Positions 47,076-55,867 of a stretch of 64,000 bases of DNA are shown piece after piece. The notes below the pieces were generated by a model that had not been told where the DNA came from, made no database searches, and worked only from the letters and a program-made list of their open reading frames with translations. The stretch is taken from assembly GCF_964188315.1 (NCBI RefSeq), contig NC_135667.1, positions 24,490,001 through 24,554,000 on the forward strand, read 5' to 3'. This DNA comes from Podarcis muralis. Its lineage: Eukaryota. How positions within the stretch are numbered: position 1 is the first letter of the stretch; every line of letters starts with the position of its first letter. The position numbers and the translations under genes were made by a program.

Positions 47076-50000
47076 AAGTGCCCACGCCAGAACCACCCAG
47101 ACCTGCTTTAGTGATAGAAGTGTTACTAGAGCTGCCAAATGGACACCCCCTACAGGTCAAGGCGCTTTTGGATTCAGGCAGCTCCTGTAATTTTATGAGT
47201 AAGGAGTTTGCAGCTGAGCACCAGATACAGACCATCCCTTTAAGTAATCCCTTGCAGGTGACCACGATTGATGGCAGAGAGCTGTTGGGAGGAGAAGTTA
47301 GCCAACAGACTGTCCCGATGATAATGAGGGTGGCAAGGCACACCGAACGGATAGCGTTTAATGTGGCCACCTTGGGAGGAGCTCCCATCATCTTGGGGAT
47401 GAGCTGGCTGGCGCTACACGATCCGCTAGTGGGCTGGCATCAGAGGGTGGTCTCCTTTGGGTCAGCGCATTGCCTAGAACACTGCAAGCAGGGGAAGGTT
47501 CAGGGCGGAGACAGAGTCACCCTAGCCGGGATGGAAGTAATGGGCAGAGGGAAGGTGCCCCCGCAATACGCAGATCTGAGCAACGTATTCAGCGAAAGGG
47601 AAGCAGACAAACTGCCGCCGCATAGACCCTTTGACTGTCAAATCAACCTACTCCCTGGGGCCCAACTCCCAGTGGGCAAGCTGTACGCCATGTCCGACAG
47701 GGAGATGCAGGAGCTGAGGGAGTTCATTGACAAAAACCTGAAGCGAGGTTTCATCAGAGAGTCCCGAGCGGTGGGGGGCAGCCCAGTGTTTTTTGTGGAC
47801 AAAAAAAACACAGATAAGCCGAGACTTGTGTGTGACTTCAGGGCCTTGAATGCAGTGTCGGAACCCCTGGCTTTCCCTATGCCCCGAATTGATGACATTT
47901 TGACCAGGGTAAGGAAGGGAAAGATTTTTACAAAGCTGGACCTGCGGGGGGCGTACAATCTGATACGCATAAGGAAGGGAGATGAATGGAAGACCACCAT
48001 GTTCACCCCTTTGGGAGCCTTTGAATACCTCGTTATGCCCTTCGGTCTACAAGGAGGCTCCGCGTGCTTTCAAGCGTTTATTAACCACGTTCTGGGGCCT
48101 TTGCTCTACAAGAACTGTGTGGCCTTTTTAGACGACGTGTTGGTGTATTCGGAGGATGAGGAGCAGCATGTGAGGGACGTTCGAGAAGTGTTGGGCAGGC
48201 TGCAAGCCAACCAGCTGTGGGTGAAACTGGAGAAGTGCCAGTTTCATACCAAGGAGGTGGAATTCCTGGGGTACCGCTTGTCAGACAAGGGATTGGCCAT
48301 GGATCCAGGCAAGGTCCAAGCGGTACTGGAATGGAAGACACCGAAGACCAAGAAGGATGTGCAAAGATTCTTGGGGTTTGGGAACTTTTATCGGAAGTTC
48401 ATCAAGAACTTTGCCCACTTGACGGCGCCCATCACCGACTGCCTCAGCAGCAAGAAGAAATTTGTTTGGACGGCGGAGGCGGAGCGAGCATTTGAAGAAC
48501 TGAAAAGGGCTTTCGCCTCGGAAGAACAACTTCTGCATGTGGATTTACGAAAACCCATGAGAGTGGAAACCGATGCGTCCGACCGGGCGGTAGGGGCGGT
48601 ACTTCTTCAACCGGGGAGGAGTATGTCAGAGTGGAGACCGTGTGCCTTCTTCTCGCGGAAGCTGAATAAATCCGAGAGGAACTACACGGTGTATGACAGG
48701 GAACTACTTGCCATTCACGAAGCGTTCCGGAGGTGGAGACATTTATTAATTGGGGCGCAACACAAGGTGCAAGTGTGCACCGACCACAAGAATTTAGAGT
48801 ATTGGAGAACAGCTCGAGTGCTCAACCAACGACAAGTGAGATGGGCACAGGAATTCTCTAAATTCAACTTTGAAATTTGTTATGTGCCAGGTCCAGAAAA
48901 CGTCAGGGCGGACGCTCTCTCACGCAAACCAGAGTATTGGGAGGGGGAGGGGGCGATTGAAGAGAGACATGTCATCCCTGAGGACCGCTGGGTGTGTGGG
49001 GCGGCGCTGGTGGGGCAACGAGAACTGGTAGAGGAAACGGAAAATGATGAATATGCCCAGGATAAGCTCAGAGGACTCAGGGGGGAGGGCGAGAGCCCCG
49101 AAGGTTTTGAGGAAAGAAATGGGGCATTGTATTACAAAGGGGCACTGTATATACCCGAAGGTGAATTGAGGGGGAGAGTACTCAAGCAGTTGCACGATAG
49201 CCCCACGGCGGGACATTTTGGGCAACACAAGACCATGTGGTTGGTTACCAGGGAATTCTGGTGGCCCAAGGTGAGGGAAGATGTAAGGGAGTATGTAAGA
49301 GGGTGTGACCAATGTCAGCGAGCCAAAGGGGAAAGACGGGCGCCGGCAGGGTTATTAGAACCATTACCCACACCAGAACGGCCTTGGGAAGCGGTATCAA
49401 TAGATTTTATGACGGATCTGCCGAAGTCCAAGGGGAAAACAGCCATCATGGTAGTAGTAGACCTGTTAACAAAGATGTGCCACTTTGTAGCATGCTCACA
49501 TGCAGTCACAGCGGAAGAAACAGCGAAGTTGTTTGTAGAACACATCTTTAGGTTGCACGGGGCTCCCTTGAGGGTGATCTCGGACCGCGGCAAACAATTT
49601 ACTTCCAGGTTCTGGAGGAAGCTCATGAGCTTGCTGCACGTGGAAGTCAATTTTTCAACGGCCCGGCACCCTGAAACCAACGGGCAGGCGGAAAGAGCAA
49701 ATGGCATTCTTCAACAATATCTGAGGTGTTATGTCAATGACAGAGAGAACGATTGGGTCGAAAAGTTGGCGCTGGCAGAATTTGCCTACAATAATGCGGA
49801 GAATGTGTCCACAGGGATGAGCCCCTTTTTGGCTAATTACGGGTGTCACCCCAGGGCATTTCCAGGGGAGGGAGGGGAGAGATGGAGCGTTCCAGCGGCT
49901 GAACATTTTGTAGAAGAGATGGAAGCGATCCATCATCAGCTCCAGCTCAACTTAGAAAGGGCCAAGGCACAATATAAGAAGCAGGCAGACAAGAACAGAA

Positions 50001-50995
50001 GGGAAGGTGAAACCATAAGGGTGGGGGATCAAGTGTGGCTGTCAACCCAAGGGTTGCCGTTCAAAGGGGGTTGTAAGAAATTGAGGCCCAGAAGATTGGG
50101 ACCCTTTGAGGTCATTCAGCAGGTCAACCCGGTGGCTTTCAAACTCCGGTTACCCAACCACATGAAATTGCACCCAGTGTTCCACAGGTCGTTACTGTCA
50201 CCATACAGGGGGGGACGTGAAGGGGAGCACGTCAGGGGACCAGCCTTGGAAGAGAGGGAACGCAGCAACCATGTAGCGGAAATCCTCGATTCCAGGTGGA
50301 AGGGAAATCAGGTAGAGTATTTGGTGGCGTGGGAAGGGGAACCGGAGTCAGAAAACACCTGGGTGACTGCAGGGGAGGTCAATGACGAGGTTTTAACAGA
50401 AACGTTCCACCAAAGATTCCCTAGGAAACCACAGCCGGTAGAAAGGTTTAGGAGGGAGTACTTCGGCACCACCGACGAGGAACAGGAAATGGAAGGATTC
50501 ACGGAGTCGGAGTTGGAAGAGGGAATAGACTCCGAAGACGAGGAGTATCGAGAGACGAGGGACAGTAGCAGGTGGAGGGAAGTGTTCGAAACTTCGGACG
50601 ATGAGGAAGGTTCTTTCAGGGGTTTTACTTCCTCCCAGCCCGGAGGGGAGGAGACGGGAGGGGGTGAAGGGGGCCCTGGAGGGGAGGTGGATGTCAGGGA
50701 ACTGCCATCGGAAGGACAGGAGGTGCAAAGGCTCCCTCAGGTTGAAAGAGACGGAGCAGCTGAAGAGGGAACCAGTAGGGGGCGAGCAGGAACTTCCAGG
50801 GAAAGTGAGTCGGAGGGGTGGCTCAGAGACGTTTCCAGCGAAAACAGTGGAGAGGTCTCAGGACCTCCTATAGGGACACCCACGCCTCGCCGGAAACTGT
50901 CACGCAGAGAGTCCAGAAGACGTGTTTCCGTGAAAGAGCTTTTATGTTGGAAACGTTTCCGAAAGCAACCACTTTCGGATTCTACTAGCGATTGA
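46904..50995 (+). CDS. pol: Pol (protease, RT, RNase H, integrase, chromodomain, C-terminal extension); -1 frame relative to gag, entered by frameshift rather than at the TTG shown in the ORF track
   Basis: LLDSGS protease; KLDLRGAYNL and FLDD RT motifs; ETDASD RNase H; HHCC (LHDSPTAGH...CDQC), D-D-E core, GPF motif; chromodomain VAEILDSRW...YLVAWEG...ENTWV. Confidence 0.95.
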   Translation: MLSLPTARALCQSLPTKKGMARDGRSCGGKGGGKQGASKSQRLAATVGAQQPGQRAVKVPTPEPPRPALVIEVLLELPNGHPLQVKALLDSGSSCNFMSKEFAAEHQIQTIPLSNPLQVTTIDGRELLGGEVSQQTVPMIMRVARHTERIAFNVATLGGAPIILGMSWLALHDPLVGWHQRVVSFGSAHCLEHCKQGKVQGGDRVTLAGMEVMGRGKVPPQYADLSNVFSEREADKLPPHRPFDCQINLLPGAQLPVGKLYAMSDREMQELREFIDKNLKRGFIRESRAVGGSPVFFVDKKNTDKPRLVCDFRALNAVSEPLAFPMPRIDDILTRVRKGKIFTKLDLRGAYNLIRIRKGDEWKTTMFTPLGAFEYLVMPFGLQGGSACFQAFINHVLGPLLYKNCVAFLDDVLVYSEDEEQHVRDVREVLGRLQANQLWVKLEKCQFHTKEVEFLGYRLSDKGLAMDPGKVQAVLEWKTPKTKKDVQRFLGFGNFYRKFIKNFAHLTAPITDCLSSKKKFVWTAEAERAFEELKRAFASEEQLLHVDLRKPMRVETDASDRAVGAVLLQPGRSMSEWRPCAFFSRKLNKSERNYTVYDRELLAIHEAFRRWRHLLIGAQHKVQVCTDHKNLEYWRTARVLNQRQVRWAQEFSKFNFEICYVPGPENVRADALSRKPEYWEGEGAIEERHVIPEDRWVCGAALVGQRELVEETENDEYAQDKLRGLRGEGESPEGFEERNGALYYKGALYIPEGELRGRVLKQLHDSPTAGHFGQHKTMWLVTREFWWPKVREDVREYVRGCDQCQRAKGERRAPAGLLEPLPTPERPWEAVSIDFMTDLPKSKGKTAIMVVVDLLTKMCHFVACSHAVTAEETAKLFVEHIFRLHGAPLRVISDRGKQFTSRFWRKLMSLLHVEVNFSTARHPETNGQAERANGILQQYLRCYVNDRENDWVEKLALAEFAYNNAENVSTGMSPFLANYGCHPRAFPGEGGERWSVPAAEHFVEEMEAIHHQLQLNLERAKAQYKKQADKNRREGETIRVGDQVWLSTQGLPFKGGCKKLRPRRLGPFEVIQQVNPVAFKLRLPNHMKLHPVFHRSLLSPYRGGREGEHVRGPALEERERSNHVAEILDSRWKGNQVEYLVAWEGEPESENTWVTAGEVNDEVLTETFHQRFPRKPQPVERFRREYFGTTDEEQEMEGFTESELEEGIDSEDEEYRETRDSSRWREVFETSDDEEGSFRGFTSSQPGGEETGGGEGGPGGEVDVRELPSEGQEVQRLPQVERDGAAEEGTSRGRAGTSRESESEGWLRDVSSENSGEVSGPPIGTPTPRRKLSRRESRRRVSVKELLCWKRFRKQPLSDSTSD
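47028..47083 (+). promoter_or_regulatory. Predicted H-type RNA pseudoknot (frameshift stimulator)
   Basis: Stem 1 GCCTGGCTGC (47028-37) with GCAGCCAGGC (47053-62); stem 2 GGGCAC (47046-51) with GTGCCC (47078-83). Confidence 0.7.
50678..50691 (+). other. Polypurine tract
   Basis: GGAGGGGAGGTGGA immediately 5' of the 3' LTR. Confidence 0.85.
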
Positions 50996-51099
50996 CGCAG
51001 CCATGCCGGAGGGGCTCCGTCACAGGCAGAGGTTTGAAAACCTGATCAAACTCTGAGGGACTTGCATTTTACGCACAAGCAGCTCATCATCCCACCACA
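50692..51099 (+). repeat. 3' LTR
   Basis: Identical by eye to the 5' LTR; first 304 nt lie within the pol ORF. Confidence 0.96.
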
Positions 51100-51322
51100 G
51101 TAGTGGACTAGTCATGTAGATGTAGACAGTATTTTGCAAGATAGACATATAGAAGAACCCTAATTCAGTGGTATACAAAGTGCTTTGTATGCAAGATCTC
51201 CCCATTTGACAGATGGTTTCAGGTTTGGGAGCTGCCAGTCCAACACTGTCTTCTTCAAGTGATATCTAAATGCCATATAAAACATATGTTTAACATCATG
51301 ATTATCTCTTCAAAGATTACTA

Positions 51323-51564
51323 CAGTGGTACCTCGGGTTACATACGCTTCAGGTTACATACACTTCAGGTTACAGACTCTGCTAACCCTGAAATATTACC
51401 TCAGGTTAAGAACTTTGCTTCAGGATGAGAACAGAAATCGTGCAGCAGCGGTGCAGGAGCAGCAGGAGGCCCCATTAGCTAAAGTGGTGCTTCAGGTTAA
51501 GAACAGTTTCAGGTTAAGAACGGACCTCCAAAATGAATTAAGTTCTTAACCTGAGGTACCATTG
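51323..51564. mobile_element. Tigger-like MITE (same family as 19268)
   Basis: CAGTGGTACCTC / GAGGTACCATTG, TA flanks. Confidence 0.88.
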
Positions 51565-52115
51565 TATAGCAGATGAGGGTTTGAATTAGGCCACAAGTGA
51601 TGGGACAGCTCTACAAGTGACATTAATAGCAGCTTCCTTTGTGGGGCAAAGCAACTAAAGGAAGTAGTTAAAAAACCCCCAGATAGCTTCATGTTACTGC
51701 AAGATTACTTAGAGTCCCCCAAACATGCAGACTGAGCAGAAATAGAAAATATTAGTTAATATATAAAGTTTGGAGTGAAATCAGTGTTTGAGATACTTTA
51801 GATACTTTATATAATAACAGATATGCAAGCTTCAATTTACAAATGGGCTATTTTGGCATAATCTTTAATCTCAATTGTTTTTACACTACTTGATTGGCAA
51901 AAGAATGGGGAATATATAATTAAATTTCAGGAAGCATTTTTTAAAAAATGTTCTATATTCTGATTTTAATCTGTTGGGATCAGCCCAGAGTGGCTGGGGA
52001 AACCTAGCCCGATGGATGGGGTATAATAAATAAATGATATAATTAGCTCATTAATCATTATTAACACATTTTAGCTTCTTCCTCCAACAGAGAGAATGCA
52101 AATACTGAAGAAAAA

Positions 52116-53051
52116 ATGAGCAATCTTACTTCCATGTCAACGTTTCTGCTGTGGGAATTCTCAGATGTACGAGAACTACAGATCTTATACTTCTTTCTGT
52201 TCCTAGGATTGTACTTGACCACCATGGCTGGGAATCTTCTCATTATTGCTGCATTTGCGCTAGACCATCACCTCCATACACCAATGTACTTTTTCCTAAC
52301 TAATTTGGCAATGATGGACATGGGCTCTGCTTCTGTCATGATGCCCAAATCATTAGCCAATTCCATCATGAACAGCAGGTCTATTTCTTACTCTGGGTGT
52401 GTGGCCCAGGTTTTCTTCTATATGTTCTTTGTCGCAGCAGATTTTGCCATTCTAACAGTAATGGCACATGATCGCTATGTTGCCATCTGCAACCCGTTAC
52501 AGTATGAGACAATTATGCACAAAGGAGCTTGTATTCAGATGACCCTCATTGTGTTGATTGCTAGTCTTCTTCATGCCATGTTACATACTTGTAGCACTTT
52601 TGCAATCACCTTCTGTTCAAATGACGTCCATCAGTTCTTCTGTGAAGTTCCAACATTACTGAAGCTCTCCTGCTCTAATATCTACCTTGTCGAAGTAGGG
52701 GTTATTGTGTTAGGGTGTTGCCTGGGACTAGGATGCTTCATGTTCATTATCATAACATACATGCAGCTATTTGCTACAGTGCGCAGAATTCCTTCAGTAC
52801 ATGGTCAGAAAAAAGCCCTCTCCACTTGCCTTCCCCACCTCACTGTTGTCTCTTTGTTTATGGGCACTGCACTCTTTGCCTATGCAAAGCCTCCCACTAA
52901 TGCTTCTTCTGATCTGGATATAGCTTTTGCTGTGATCTATACCATAATTCCTCCCATGTTGAATCCATTCATCTATAGCATGAGAAACAAAGAAATCAAG
53001 ACTGCTTTGTGGAAACTCTTAGATTTTGGGCATTCCTCTAAAAATAGATAA
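52116..53051 (+). CDS. Olfactory receptor, OR14-like, 311 aa, intact
   Basis: MSNLTS start (acceptor CAG at 52090); complete OR motif set. Confidence 0.95.
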   Translation: MSNLTSMSTFLLWEFSDVRELQILYFFLFLGLYLTTMAGNLLIIAAFALDHHLHTPMYFFLTNLAMMDMGSASVMMPKSLANSIMNSRSISYSGCVAQVFFYMFFVAADFAILTVMAHDRYVAICNPLQYETIMHKGACIQMTLIVLIASLLHAMLHTCSTFAITFCSNDVHQFFCEVPTLLKLSCSNIYLVEVGVIVLGCCLGLGCFMFIIITYMQLFATVRRIPSVHGQKKALSTCLPHLTVVSLFMGTALFAYAKPPTNASSDLDIAFAVIYTIIPPMLNPFIYSMRNKEIKTALWKLLDFGHSSKNR

Positions 53052-53694
53052 ATATATATATATATATATTTCTATAAAACGACATCTGCACTTCTTCCTG
53101 TGAATTGTTGGCCTTGCAATGCCATTGTTCTTTGACCCTCTCACCTTATTATTCATGGAATTCATCCATTTGTTTTTCATCGCCCACTTTTAAAATTGTA
53201 TCTTTCATCTGCAACTGTTTCAATGATCAGATCTAATTCACCATGTGTCTTCTTAGATATAATACCTAAAGGAGAGACATTAAGAGTGGGGCAGGGTGGG
53301 AAATCAGGAGGGCTCAGAACCCTCCCGTCCCCTTCCTATTTCTATTTTCCAATGCCACTGATTTTAAATTATAGATCTGGTTTACTGATCAGTAACAGTG
53401 GATGAGTAGGAAAATTCCAGCCTGATGTTTACACAAGTCCGTGTTGTTATGGTGTTTTAAATTTCATGGTATATATTGTTGTACACCATCCTATGATAAT
53501 ATATGAATTGGTGATATATACCTTTGATATTAAAAACAAATAAACCAGATTTGTGAGAATATCGAGACAGTCGGTGGCTCATAGACAGCAAGACAGTTGT
53601 GTGGGTATGGACCTGAGTAGTCCAAATAGATGGTACTTAGAAAAAATTGTTTCAAACGTGCAGCCAGTGTTCATGTCTTCCCTAGGTTGATTGT

Positions 53695-54030
53695 AATTTT
53701 TTTTAAAGATATTTATTAAAGTTTTCAAAGTATTACAAAAAGAAAAAAGAAAAAGAGAAAACACAAAATAAAAACAGTTAAAAACAATTCAATCTTTCCG
53801 TATCTTATCTTTCATTTGTTTATTTCCCAGACCTCCTCACACCTCCCTTTTTTGTATTCCAGTTCAATTTATTGGTTCAGCAAATCCTTTCCCTCTTTGT
53901 TTTTATCCTGATCTTTAATCTTAATATATTATAGCTTTAGATTATCACCTGTTAACAATCCATTTTTACATATTCCTTTATGACATTACTGCTAAAAACC
54001 ACTTAACTTCAATCCAACATCATAGCAAGT
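53695..54030 (-). mobile_element. L1/Tx1-like LINE 3' end
   Basis: T-rich terminus with TTTATT (AATAAA on the minus strand) followed by a long compositionally biased 3'UTR-like tract; family call by general resemblance only. Confidence 0.4.
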
Positions 54031-54659
54031 CTTTCAATACTGGGACATGACTGATGCCATGGCTGGTCATGGCTGTAGCCAATGCCCAGCCAACCAGCAA
54101 AGGAACTCCCCAAGACCTGGGCCCTTACTGGCCCATTTGAACCTGGCTTTTGACTGGGAGGTAACACCCCCATGGTTGCAATGACAGGGGAATTCCCCAC
54201 TGGCCAGAGACCAGGCGGGTCTGGCCGGCCAGGAAGGAGGCAGAGGGTTAGGGTCTGCAACAGATGCCCACCGGGGAAGTGGTGAGCATCCATTATAGTA
54301 ATCATATTCAGGCCCGGAATACAATACAGCAAGTCACTATTTGCTATCAGCAATTCTTAAGAAGGCCTGGAGGTACACCAAATGGGTTTTAGATATTTTG
54401 ATCTTTTGAATTCATAGACATATCTCTTTAGTATTTCACTGTAAAACTCTCTTGTTAGACATAACACACAATTCCAATTCTAGCCAAAGTTTATTGATGG
54501 TCCAAGTTAAAGGTTATATATGTATATTGGAACTGCTGAATAGTTTTGATTTTCCTTATGAGTTTTAGGTACCTGATCCCCTTAGGACAGCCAAGGGTTG
54601 ATCTACAGTTTTTGGGATGTGAAAAACTTCCCTGTATCCACAAATTTAGAAACAAAGTA

Positions 54660-54876
54660 CAGTGGTACCTCAGGTTACATACGCTTCAGGTTACAGACTC
54701 CGCTAACCCAGAAATAGTACCTCAGGTTAAGAACTTTGCTTCAGGATGAGAACAGAACTGCTTCAGCAGCGCAGTGGGAGGCCTCATTAGCTAAAGTGGT
54801 GCTTCAGGTTAAGAACAGTTTCAGGTTAAGAACAGACCTCTGGAACGAATTAAATACTTAACCCGAGGTACCACTG
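54660..54876. mobile_element. Tigger-like MITE (same family as 19268)
   Basis: CAGTGGTACCTC TIRs, TA flanks. Confidence 0.9.
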
Positions 54877-55458
54877 TATACAATTTTATTAGTTACATGC
54901 AACATTCTACATCATGGCAATCAACAATAAATAATTGTAAAAGGAATACATTTGCATCCATAATTAATTATTAGCTAATTAATACAATTTGTATCTCAAC
55001 CTACATCACTGGAACAAAAACATACATCATGCCTTTCAACCATTAAACAGTTGAGGTGTGCTTTGTCCAGGGCTTCTTTCCCCCAGCCAGAATTGAGTTC
55101 TGTCACCTTTCAGGTCAGCGTCTTTGCCATTATAAGAGAACAAGGTGAGTTCATGATGCATTCCAGCCCCTCGTTATCTAGAAAAATAGCACTACCTTTG
55201 CCTCTTACTTCCAGATGTGAAACAAAAGAAAAAAGCATGTTATAGGGTGGGGAACCTATGGACAGTCATATGCTGTTGGATTCTATGCCCCAGATAGCAT
55301 GACCTATGGATAGGAATCATGAGAACTGTACTCCAGAACATCTAGAGAGCACAGGTTCATCACTTCTGTTCTAGAGAGACAAATAGCTTAGGAAAGAGAA
55401 AGAATCAGTCTCACAGGAAAACTGTAGCAAACTGTGATGGCTTGGTCTCTCCCACAAA

Positions 55459-55867
55459 TGTGAGACGACTCTGCCTGTTAATTATTTCAGATTTATTGCT
55501 AAAACAACAAACTAGGATGGAGCTCCTATACTCATCATCCTCCCCAGAAGATGGAATTGCCCGGACTGAGCTCATCCCCGTTCCCCAGCACGGAAGCCCC
55601 CACCTTCTCTTCCGGTAACTTTTGTGCGTCTTGGCCACTTTTGAGATCCTACGAGATTTGGGAGAGAATGTTTCCTGCATTCCAACTTCTGGCTCACTAT
55701 TGGAACTCCAACACAGCTGCCTGTCACTTTGGCCCTGTTTTTCTCCTCCCCTTTGTTCCAAGCTCAGATTACAGCTGCTCTCCCCCTCCTCTCTGCTTTC
55801 CGCTGCTAACTGTTCTCTCCTTATGCCTGCTTCTGATCCTCCTGTCAGCACCTGAGCTTCGCTGACA
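55459..55867 (-). mobile_element. Solo LTR (409 bp) of a second Gypsy-like family
   Basis: Minus strand TGTCAG...CTCACA, 4-bp TSD CAAA on both sides, AATAAA near the 3' end. Confidence 0.8.

Larger units (their letters stand above)
45602..51099 (+). mobile_element. Full-length chromodomain Ty3/Gypsy LTR retrotransposon (Tf1/sushi-type chromovirus)
   Basis: Two 408-bp LTRs TG...CA, identical by eye; 5-bp TSD GTAGT (45597-45601, 51100-51104); intact gag and pol in the order PR-RT-RH-IN-chromodomain. Confidence 0.97.
39465..53045. repeat. Large inverted duplication: left arm ~39465-42667, right arm ~43162-53045 (right arm expanded by insertions), ~495-nt spacer
   Basis: Continuous reverse-complement similarity from the spacer edges outward through promoter block, intron and the two OR CDS. 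Confidence 0.92.

Noticed and set aside
48120-48140. RT motif FLDD (not YLDD) as an inactivating mutation
   Set aside because: Both catalytic aspartates are present and FxDD occurs in active RTs; the element evidently inserted recently. Family consensus needed.
45930-50728. Antisense and alternate-frame ORFs over the Gypsy element (e.g. 46678-47391, 47638-48006, 48920-49312, 49315-49707)
   Set aside because: Shadows of the long purine-rich gag/pol frames; no recognisable domains.
50400-50995. env-like third ORF
   Set aside because: The region is in frame with pol and has no signal peptide or transmembrane segment.
19841-52900. Recurrent short overlapping or antisense ORFs on OR genes (e.g. 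19841-20026, 25115-25303, 39601-39786, 52715-52900)
   Set aside because: Recur only because the underlying OR sequence is paralogous; no independent coding signal.
31681-53045. Inverted repeats as assembly artefacts
   Set aside because: Arms differ by many substitutions, indels and arm-specific TE insertions with TSDs, which a collapsed or mirrored contig would not show; long-read confirmation still advisable.
54030-54350. GC-rich island with ORFs 54009-54353 and 54067-54324
   Set aside because: No domain or terminal structure recognised; probably a repeat fragment, not supportable.
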